64,000 nucleotides of DNA from Macrostomum lignano (lineage: Eukaryota), in the NCBI GenBank assembly GCA_002269645.1, contig NIVC01001870.1:1-64000 (forward strand), given 5' to 3'. The position numbers and the translations under genes were made by a program. Below, piece after piece: positions 24,401-35,180 of this stretch. Position 1 is the stretch's first letter. Every line of letters begins with the position of its first letter. The notes under the pieces were generated by a model. That model had not been told where the DNA came from. It did no database searches and was given only the letters and a program-made list of their open reading frames with translations.

Positions 24401-27400
24401 TACTATCTTGGAGATGGGATTCTATGGGAGATGGGATTCTATGGGGGATGAGATTCTATGGGAGATGGGATTCTATGGGAGATGGGATTCTATGGGAGAT
24501 GGGATTCTATGGAGGATGGGATTCTATGGAGGATGGGATTTTATGGAAGATGAGATTCTATGGGAGATGGGATTCTACATGGGAGATGGGATTCTATAGG
24601 AGATGGGATTCTATAGGAGATGGGATTCTATGGGAGATGGAATTCTATAGGAGATGGGAGATGGGATTTTATGGGAGATGGGATTCTATGGGAGATGGGA
24701 TTCTATGGGAGATGGGATTCTATGGGGATGGGATTCTATGAGAGATGGGATTCTATAGAAGATAGGAGATGGGATTCTATGGGAGATGGGATTCTACATG
24801 GGAGAAGGGATTCTATAGGAGATAGGAGATGGGATTCTATGGGAGATGGGATTCTACATGGGAGAAGGGATTCTATAGGAGATGGGAGATGGGATTCTAT
24901 GGGGGAGAAGGGATTCTATAGGAGATGGGAGATGGGATTCTATGGGAGATGGGATTTTATGGGAGATGGGATTCTATGGGAGATGGGATTCTATTGAAGA
25001 TGGGATTCTATGGGAGATGGGATTCTATGGGAGATGGGATCTATTGAAGATGGGATTCTATGGGAGATGGGATTCTATGGGAGATGGGATTCTCGTCGGG
25101 TGATCCACACCCATGAGAGGCACAGAGAGTCGAGGTGCGACACAAAAAGTAATGTGACTGTGGCTGTAGTTGTGAGCTCCTTATTAAGACTGAATCTTTG
25201 ATCCCTTCAAATTAATTGAATCACCCTTGTGATAAATGCGATGCTGGCTTCACGTCTGCTACGCCTTTGAAACACTGAATAAACCTGTTTTCTTTGGTGA
25301 TCCTTGAGCGGGCTGGTTACTGACGCTTGAGTATCATCATCCACCGAGGTAAAATGGGTTCCTTGAGCACATTATAGAATCATACAGAATCCCAAAACGT
25401 GAAGTCAGCATTGCATTTACCGACTACTTTGAAGGGATCAAGGAGTGACTCTTTCATAAGGAGCTCACAAGCCACAGTCACAATGTTTTTGTCCCACCTC
25501 GCGCCAAGGACAACTTAAGTAGAAGGACGCAACACTCGAAATCGATGGTAAATGTTTTGAAGGCAACTTTGCGCCGAAAAATACACTACAGAGATAGGAG
25601 GTTTTAATTTTTTCAGCACAAAAATTGTTATTGCTTTTGACAGGAGGCAGATCCAGTGTTTATCTCTTGATATGTTGTGCCTTTCCTATTGTTCTATCGA
25701 TATTCATAAAGCTTTTCCTTCAGAAATAGTGTTAAAGGCAGGTTTCATCGGAAAAATACACTACGGAGATAGGAGGTTTTAATTTTTTCAGCACAAAAAT
25801 TGTTATTGCTTTTGACAGGAGAATACAGCTGAATACACCTGACAGGCGAAGGTGTATTCAGCACGCCAGTGAAGTATGAGACAGACCAGGCCTAAGGGCT
25901 ACGGTCTGCGATGCTTCACGCCTGCCCCTATATTCAGCAGGTCAAGGCTGGAGAGGGAGGTCTGCACCCGCTATTTGCCACTGGCAGCCGCAGACCCCCC
26001 CCCTCACGCTGTTTCACAAGTCGACCCAGGGTACTCGTCCCCGCGTGTGTTCAAGGCAGACCCTAGGGCTGCTGGACAGACTGGGCTCCGACGCTGGCGA
26101 CCCATCCAGTGGCTTCGGCCGAATTTGGGTATGCGGGTCTGGCTTGCCAGCCTGCAGGCCGTGGTACTGCTTAACGTACCCCCTAATGCCTAAGGTGTTT
26201 GACCGTGCCGATGGGCTGGAAGGCCGGGGGGTTGTCCGGTCGCTAGCGGTCCTTTTCTTTTTCTTCTTTCCTCTTTCTTTTGTGACTCAGCTCACTCCTT
26301 CCCGCTTTCAGCTATGGCGTCATCCGCCTCTTTAACCCCCGCTGAAGCCGGGGCCCCGGCAACTCCGGCCGGTGACTCTGGCACCAGCGCCGCCCCACCG
26401 GGGGCAGATGGGCTTGCCGCCGGCTCGGCTGGTGACATGCCCGCACGCGCAACCGGGCCCTCCGCTGAAGCCCGACGCACCCGCAACCAACGCCGCAACG
26501 AGCGGCGACGGCGACTACGGGGTACTGCGGGCCGGCCACCGGCGGAAGGGGAACCTAGGGAGGGCGAGGCTGCTGTTGGGCCGAAAGGAACCACAGCAAC
26601 CCCTGCCCCCCAGGATACAACCCCCGCTGGTGAGCCACCCAGTATACCTGCTACAAGCGCGGCCGGGCCTTCGGGAACCGCCGCCACCAACTACGCCTCA
26701 AAGGTCAAGCTCCAACCGGCGGTCATCGTCTTCGGGGAAGAGCAGGACCTCACGGCCGACGAGCTCGACAGTGCCTGGCGCACCATCGATGCTGCGCTCA
26801 TCGACCAGCTCCTGGCGGGCCGCCCTGTGAGCGTGGTCAAGTCTGCCAAGACCGACGGCTGCATCTTCATCTGGTGCAGCTCGGAGGAGAGCAGCCGCAA
26901 TCTACGCGAGCTTCTGCCAAAGCTGAACTGGCCCAAGAAGCTCGGCAAGCTCGTCTTCGCCAGCGAGGGCGAACGACAGAAGACCCAGCGCTTTCGCGTC
27001 TGGATCCCGGCCGGCAGTGCCATTAAGTCCGGAGATCAGCTTAGGCAAATATTGCTAAAGCTGCACCCCGACCTTAAGGTCAACGGGCTCCTACACCACG
27101 CCACTTCCCGCAAGGAGAAGGGGGCTACGGTGATCCTAGGGCTCTCTGATGACTGGGCTAAGCGCTTGCCGCCTAAGTCCACAATTCATATTGGTCTGAC
27201 TCAGCTGACCATCCTCCGTTGCGAGGAGCGGAAAGCTGATGAAGCCAAGAATGCCAAAGCTTCCGAAACCGGAACTGGGGCCCAGGCTCCTCCGGCAAAG
27301 AAGCCGAGGCAAACGGCCGATCCTATGCCCGGTAAGGCAGTTCGCGCTGCTGAAACCGGAAATCGCAATCGCAGACCCGCCAGGAGCACCCGGAGGTCCG

Positions 27401-30400
27401 GCCTGATCCAGCGCGCGCTGGACCAGGCCAAGAACCTTCGTGCGCATCGTGAGCGGGCCCGCGCTTCTCGCGCTCCACCCCAACAGCCAGAAGGCCAGAC
27501 TCTAAGCGGGGAGGCTCCGACCGACTGGTTCGAGTCTGTGACTCACCAGGAGGCTGGCGCCACCCGCATCGACCTGACCGACGAGGCAGAGGGGACGGGC
27601 AGTGACAGCACCGAAGCACGCAGGAGAGGCGACGGTAACGTCCACGCTGGGCTCACGTCCGCGGAGGACTCCACAGCCACCCTAACTGCTGAGGACGCTG
27701 AAACTCCCATGGAGGTCTGCGGGTCACCCACCACTGAAAAGGAGGAGGATGACCTGCTCAACGATTCCCCAACTGCGTGATAATGATCAGCAACCAGGGA
27801 ATCCATTGCCTGCAGATTAATCTGCAGCACTGCGTCGCAGCCTCGGTCAACCTTATGCGTTACGCCGAGCTCGACAAGCCGGGGCTCATCCTCGTCCAGG
27901 AACCCTGGACTCTCAGAGGTAAGCCTCAAAACGCCCCTGCTGGCTACAATTGTTTTTATACTTACCCTCGCGAGGCCAACCAGCCTCCCAGAGCTTGCAT
28001 CTTTGCGAGCAAAACGCTCAGTGCGTGGCTCAGATCGGACCTGTCCAACAGGGACATCTGCGTCATCCAATCCGAGGACCTTCTTCCTGGGAAGACCACC
28101 CTCATTGCCTCGGTTTACCTACCAGGCGATGCTGCGGTCGTCCCCAGAGCCCTCGCTACGCTGGTAGAGCTCTGCTCTGCCAAAAACTACGAGCTCATGG
28201 TTGCCGGCGACATCAACGCCCACCACACTCACTGGGGCAGCACTGGCATTAATCAGAGAGGCGAAGACCTCCTAGCCTACGTTGCCTCTACGACCCTCGA
28301 GTTCTGCAACTCTGGGTCCACCCCTACCTTTGACAACGGACGGTGGTCGGAGGTGATCGACGCTACGCTCGCAACGCCCAGACTCTACCAGAGTATTGGG
28401 GCGTGGCGGGTGCTTCCAGTGTCCTCACTATCGGATCACAAGTTCATCTCCTTCAACCTAATGGCCGCGCGTAGCGCAACTCGTGTTATGTGGAGACGGA
28501 ACGCCAGAAATACTGATTGGGAAACCTTCGGGCTCGCCCTGAAGGAATTCCATCGGTCTCCTGGCCAACCATTCACGATCACGTCGTGCCGAGAGGCGGA
28601 TGAGTGCGCGACTGTTTTGACAGAGACGCTAACCGCCGCCTTTGAGGCGTCCTGCCCTTTAAAAGCCTATAAAGGGAAAAAATCGGCGCCGTGGTGGAAT
28701 CCCGAGCTCGGCAACCTCCGTCGCAGGGCTAAGAGACTCCACCGCAGAGCAACTAAAACTAAGAGCCCTGCAGACCAAACCGCCTATCATGAAGCAATTC
28801 ATGAGTTTAAAAGGCAGGTTAGGAATGCAAAGGCTCAAAAATGGCGACAATACTGTGAGGAGCTAGAGGGCTCACGCCCCACCTCCAGAGTTGTGAAAGC
28901 GCTCACGCTGGACAAAATGTCTAAGCTCTCCTCGGTCAAACGCACCGACGGTACGTCCACGGACAACCCAGGGGAAACGCTTGATGTAATGCTCACTGCG
29001 TTTTTCCCTAACGAGCCAGCTAACCAGACCACTCCGGATCACTCGGAGGGAGGTCACGCGCTGGCTGCATCTATCATCACGGAGGACCGCATTGTGAGAG
29101 CGGCAAATTCCTTCAAGCCTTTCAAAGCCCCAGGACCCGACGGCATTGTACCGGCCCTTCTAAGAGAGGCGGTTAAATGCCCAGGCTTCCTGCGCAAACT
29201 TTGCAGCCTTCTTCGGGCATGCATCACGCTTGGTTATGTCCCGCAGGCATGGACCGAGGCAAAGGTGATCTTTATCCCTAAGCCAGGCCGCCCGGACTAC
29301 CATTCTATCAAATCCTTCAGACCGATCAGCTTGACCTCCTCCCTGGTCAAGCTGATGGAGAGACTGGTGCTTTGGCGCCTTCTCTCTGTTGAGCTGAAGA
29401 ACAAACCTCTCAGCGAGAACCAGCACGCTTTTCGGGCGGGTCGCTCCACTGAAAGCGCGCTGCACGTCCTGGTCGATAAACTCGAGAAGGCCGTGCTTGG
29501 TAGTGGCTTTGCTCTGGGGATCTTCCTGGACATCATTGGCGCCTTCGATAACGTCCTCTTTGAGGCGTTCCGAAGAGCTCTTTGTGAGAGGCTAACGCAC
29601 TCACATCTCACCAGATGGATCATGTACATGATCAGCCATCGCACGGCCACCGCCAGTCTGCTGGGCTACCAGAGGACGGTCCCCGTCTGCAAAGGTAGCC
29701 CGCAAGGTGGGGTGCTGTCTCCAGTTCTCTGGAATATGGTCATCGATGAGCTCCTCCGGGATGTTCGGCCTGACCCCATTCTGAAAGTTGGATATGCGGA
29801 CGATGTCACCGCGGTGGCATCTGGTCCGTCCCCTGATACCCTCAGGGACCTTCTTCAGAACTTCATCTACGCTGCTGAGCAATGGGCGGACCGCTGTGGT
29901 TTAAGGCTCTCTGAGACTAAGACCGCAGCGATCATGTTCACCAGCAGGACCAAGTGGCAGATTCGGCCGCTCACGCTTTACGGAAGGGAAATCCCCTTCT
30001 GCAAGCAGACTAAATGTCTGGGTATTACCCTGGACCACAGGCTGAACTGGTCTCCCCACGTTCAAACAAAAGCCAAAAAGGCCTTCGCAGTCCTCGCGCA
30101 ATTGCGCAGGGCCGTCGGCACCACCTGGGGGCTCACCCCCAAGCGCCTCTGGTGGATCTACACTGCAATGGTTAGGCCCGCTATCTCGTATGGCGGCCTG
30201 ATCTGGGCTAGCGCCCTGCAGATAAAGACCTGTCTAGAGGCTCTCAGGAGAGCGCAAGGGCGCGCTTGTCGCACGATCATGAGCGCCCCTCCGTCTGCTC
30301 CTTACGATGGCCTCAACGCCTTCCTCAACATTCCTCCGCTGGACATCTTTGTCCGCAGGGAAGCGGCTAAGACTGCCCGCCGTCTAGCTGACGCTGGCAT

Positions 30401-33400
30401 TCGAATCCAGCCCCATAGGGCCATGGCTAAGCGCAAGCTTCTGCCCCACGCTGACCTCTGCCTCAAGGACTTGAGAGACAGCGGCGGGCTCCACGTCCTA
30501 TCTGACGGCGAACCCCGCACTCTCAACCTCTTTCAGCGCTACAAGGTCACCATCCCCTCTAGGGATGCTGCCAATGACCACTGGAATTTCCAGGAGGTCC
30601 ATTGCTACACGGACGGATCCATCAAAGACGGTCGCGCCGGCTTTGGGGTCTGCATCATCATCAACGGCCGCGTAATTGCCACGCATGCCCAGCACACTGG
30701 TAGACTCTCCACAGTCTTCCAGAACGAAGTCCTTGCCATCAGCTCTTGCGCTGCAGAGCTAAACGCCAAGGTTACGAGAGGAAAGACTATTGTCATCCAC
30801 TCCGACAGCCAAGCGGCCTTACAGGCCCTTTGCCACACCACAACGAACTCCCGGACAGTCGCCGACTGCGCCCGGCAGCTCAACCTCCTGGCCAGAAGCA
30901 ATACTGTCAGGCTGAAGTGGATCCCAGGGCACGCAGGGTTTCCGGGGAACGAGCTGGCAGACACCCTCGCCAAGAGGGGCGGCTCTGGCTCTTTTTTCGG
31001 CCCTGCCCCCCTGGTCCCTATGCCCTTGACAGTCATCAATCGTCAGATCGACGACTGGGCTGACTCCCTCCACAGGGACAGATGGGCGGGCACCCAAAAC
31101 TGCCGGCAATCTCGTGCCGCGGTTCCTTGCCCGTCTCACAGGCTCAGAAACATCCTTCTGAACCAGAATCGGAAGGATATTCGAGCCCTTGTCATGACCC
31201 TTACCGGCCATGGCTACCTCGCCAGGCACTGCTTCCTCCGAGGCGACCTCGAGAGCGAAATTTGCCCCTTTTGCGAGTGCGACAATGAAGATGCTCAGCA
31301 CTTTGTCTGTCACTGCCCTTTCTTTAACAGAGACCGGCTACGCTACCTCGGGCCGAACCCGTCCATTGACGAGGTTTGCCAGCCCGACAGCATCCCACGG
31401 CTCATCCAGTTCCTTCGGGCGACTAGACGAGCCAGTTTCTTCCCAACGGAAGATCACGCTGCAGGACGGACCGGCGGACCACCCTGACCGGCCCCGCGCC
31501 TCTGCCTGTCTGCGGGCCTTCAGGGGCTAGCGGAATGGGCGACCCTCGCCTCCCCGCTGTGTCTACGGACCACCCTGCAGCTAAGTCAGTAAGTCAAGTC
31601 AGGAGGCAGATCCAGTGTTTATCTCTTGATATGTTGTGCCTTTCTTATTGTTCTATCGATATTCATAAAGCTTTTCCTTCAGAAATAGTGTTAAAGGCAG
31701 GTTTCATCGGAAAAATACACTACGGAGATAGGAAATTTCACGATTTTCAACACTAAAACAGTGATTGGGTCTCTTAACAGTGTCAGAGAAAGTCCTAATC
31801 ACACTATTTTGTGCCTCACATGCTGCTCTAACGGCGCATTAATCGATTTTTCATGTTAAATTGGTCTGTCACTTGAAAAAACGTTTAAAAGTTGCCTTCA
31901 AAACATTTACCATTGATTTCGAGTGTTGCGTCCTATATATGTTACTTTGAGTAGTCCCTGCCTCGCGCATGCCTGCTGATAACTTATTTGTGTGCGGCTT
32001 TTACATACAAACAAATCGCTAATCCGTTAATTTTTACACAGCTCGGCGGAAAAAATGCCGCACTGGTGTTCTCAGATTGCGATCTTCCAGCCGCAGTTGA
32101 GACCTGCGTTAGGTGAGCATTAATATCCTTTTATCCGGAAGCAAATTTGAGCACATTTACTTTGATTATTAACTAATCATCTCTGCCAAGTACAAGCTGA
32201 CCATTATAACAAGTTTCTCAAATTCTAGATCGAGTTTCACAAACCAAGGCGAGATCTGCCTATGCACTAGTCGAATCTTTGTCGAACGATCCGTTTACAA
32301 CGAGTTTTTGCGTCAATTTCTAGAAGAGACAGCGTAAGTTAATCTGGAATATTAATTGTTTGTAATTGCATTATCAAACTAAGAATCTTATTTTTTAACT
32401 ACACTACTCTCAGTACGTAATCCAATTTTTGTTTATATAGTTTCGAGAGGAATAAAAAGCGCTTTAAATTTTCAAATCACACTACTTGCATCAGGTTACA
32501 CGCTAATTTTGTTTTGAAATTTTAATGACAAATTTCCTTTCAATTTCTTTATAACACTACTTACAGTAGACAAAGCGCATATGTTTCTTAAAATTCGAAT
32601 TCAACGCAGCAAATGGAAGGTTGGCGATCGCCGCGATCCAGCCACAAAGTTGGGCGCCGTTGTGAGCGCCGAGCACCGTCAGAAAATTCTCAGCTACATC
32701 GAATCCGCTCCGGCTAGCGGCGGCCGAATTCTGTGCGGCCAGACTTTGACAGACGCAGCGAAGCTGCCGCCTGACCTTGCCAGCGGGTTTTTTGTGCTGC
32801 CCACCGTCATCGTAGGCGCCGAAGCTGACAGTGACGGCGGACTTAGCGACGAGGCGCCGTGCATGAGGGACGAGATTTTCGGCCCGGTCACCTGCATTGT
32901 GCCATTCGATGATGAGGCTGAGGTGCGACTCGTGCGACTAATTGGCTTTTGTATCTGGGGATGGAATTCTATGGGAGATGGGATTCTATGGGAGATGGGA
33001 TTCTGTGTGAGATGGGATTCTATGGGAGATGGGATTCTGTGTGAGATGAGATTCTATGGGAGATTGAATTCTATGGGAGATGGGATTCTATGGGAGATGG
33101 GATTCTATGTGAGATGAGATTCTATGAGAGATGGGATTGTATGGGAGATGGGATTCTATGTGAGATGAGATTCTATGAGAGATGGGATTCTATGGGAGAT
33201 GGGATTCTATGGGAGATGGGATTCTATGGGAGATGAGATTCTATGGGAGATGGGATTCTATGGGAGATGGAATTCTATGGGAGAGGGGATTCTATGGGAG
33301 ATGGGATTCTATGTGAGATGAGATTCTATGGGAGATGGGATTCTGTGGGAGATGGAATTCTATGGGAGATGGGATTCTATGGGAGATGGGATTCTATGGG

Positions 33401-35119
33401 AGATGGGATTCTATGTGAGATGAGATTCTATGTGAGATGGGATTCAATGGGAGATGGGATTCTATGTGAGAGATGGATTCTGTGTGTGAGATTGGATTCT
33501 GCGTGGGAGATGGGATTCTATGTGGGAGATGGAATTCTACATGGGAGATGGGATTCTATATGGGAGATGGAATTCTACATGGGAGATGGGATTCTTCATG
33601 GGAGCTGGAATTCTACATGGGAGATGGAATTATACATGGGAGATGGGATTCTACATGGGAGATGGGATTCTACATATGGGAGATGGAATTCTACATGGGA
33701 GATGGAATTATACATGGGAGATGGAATTCTACATGGGAGATGGAATTCTATATGGGAGATGGAATTATACATGGGAGATGGGATTCTATATGGGAGATGG
33801 AATTATACATGGGAGATGGAATTCTACATGGGAGATGGAATTCTACATGGAAGATGGGATTCTACATATGGGAGATTGAATTCTCTATAATAGATGGAAT
33901 TCTACATGGGAAATTGGATTCTGCGTATGAGATGGGATTCTGTGTGTGAGATGGGTTTCTGCGTGCGAGATGGGATTCTATGTGGAAGATGAGATTCTAC
34001 ATGAGAGATGGGATTCTACATATGGGAGACGGGATTCTACATATGGGAGATGGGATTCTACATGGGAGATGAGATTATACATGGGAGATGGGATTCTACA
34101 TATTGGAGACGGGATTCTACATATGGGAGATGGGATTCTACATATGGGAGATGGGATTCTACATGGGAGATGGGATTCTACATATGGGAGATGGGATTCT
34201 CTACACATGGGAGATGGGATTCTACATGGGAGATGGGATTCTACATGGGAGATGGAATTCTACATGGGAGATGGAATTCTACATGGGAGATGGGATTCTA
34301 CATATGGGAGATGGGATTCTATCAGAGGTGGGATTCTATGCACTTCAGTATAGCTGATGCTTGCTTGCTATAATCTAAGAATATTTAACAACCAACTGCA
34401 CACTCTGGGCTTTTGCGATATAAAGCATTAAAATATATAATTATCATAAATTAATAAATTATCAGTTGCTAGCACATGGCAGCAGATATATTCAAGCTGC
34501 TGCTGCTGCTGCTGCTGCTGCAGGATGACTTATAGGCACGCCTGCGAATCTAACGGATATGCCGAGGGGAAATTTGTTTTAAAAGAGAGACAACAGACCT
34601 TCCAACTGGAACTGCATACATGTGGCTGCCAACTGAGCGCACAGGAATGCAGCGGCAAATACATTTGTTTGCTCATTGGTGCAGTGCTTTTGTTCACGCT
34701 CTGTTAGCACAGGGAGGGCAGCATTTCCCGATTTGGCATTGGCTTGATTGACATCTGCAATTACCGTGTAGCTGATTTGTTTGGCATTCTTTTAATATTG
34801 ACTTACACTGCGTGGCTAAACTTGTCTGCACTGGGGATATACAGTTTCTGTTTATCTGCTGGGCGTGAATATGTCAGTGTGTTTGCCTTTGATTTATCTT
34901 GGTTGCACTGCAAGGCCGGAGCTTGCATCTATCTGTCTGTCTATCTATCTGTCTATCTTTCTATCTGTCTATCTTTCTATCTGTCTATCTTTCTATCTGT
35001 CTATCTTTCTATCTGTCTATCTTTCTATCTGTCTATCTTTCTATCTGTCTATCTTTCTATCTGTCTATCTTTCTATCTGTCTATCTTTCTATCTGTCTAT
35101 CATTCTATCTGTCTATCTT

Positions 35120-35180
<61 letters not shown>

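Larger units (their letters stand above)
25822..31600 (+). mobile_element. Full-length non-LTR retrotransposon, LOA/Lian (R1 superfamily) type with RNase H
   Basis: Two intact ORFs. TSD caggag at 25816-25821 and 31600-31605; excision restores ttttgacaggaggcagatcc, as at 25635-25654. The tail ctaagtcagtaagtcaagtc is a short tandem repeat, and the 5' UTR is about 490 nt. Confidence 0.93.
25524..31934. mobile_element. Non-autonomous TIR element (about 0.63 kb without the LINE) interrupted by the LINE
   Basis: 47-bp inverted repeats at 25524-25570 (aggacgcaacactcgaaatcgatggtaaatgttttgaaggcaacttt) and 31888-31934 (one mismatch). An internal 175-bp tandem unit continues on both sides of the LINE. 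No clear TSD was seen. Confidence 0.7.

Noticed and set aside
25822-26313. HDV-like ribozyme in the LINE 5' UTR
   Set aside because: Partial elements exist (gggtac/gtaccc pairing, a cgtccccgcg loop-like motif), but I could not build a canonical P1/P1.1/P3 fold. An Infernal or RNArobo search would be needed to decide.
26292-31756. Numerous antisense and alternate-frame ORFs over the LINE
   Set aside because: Expected shadows of GC-rich coding sequence, with no motifs.
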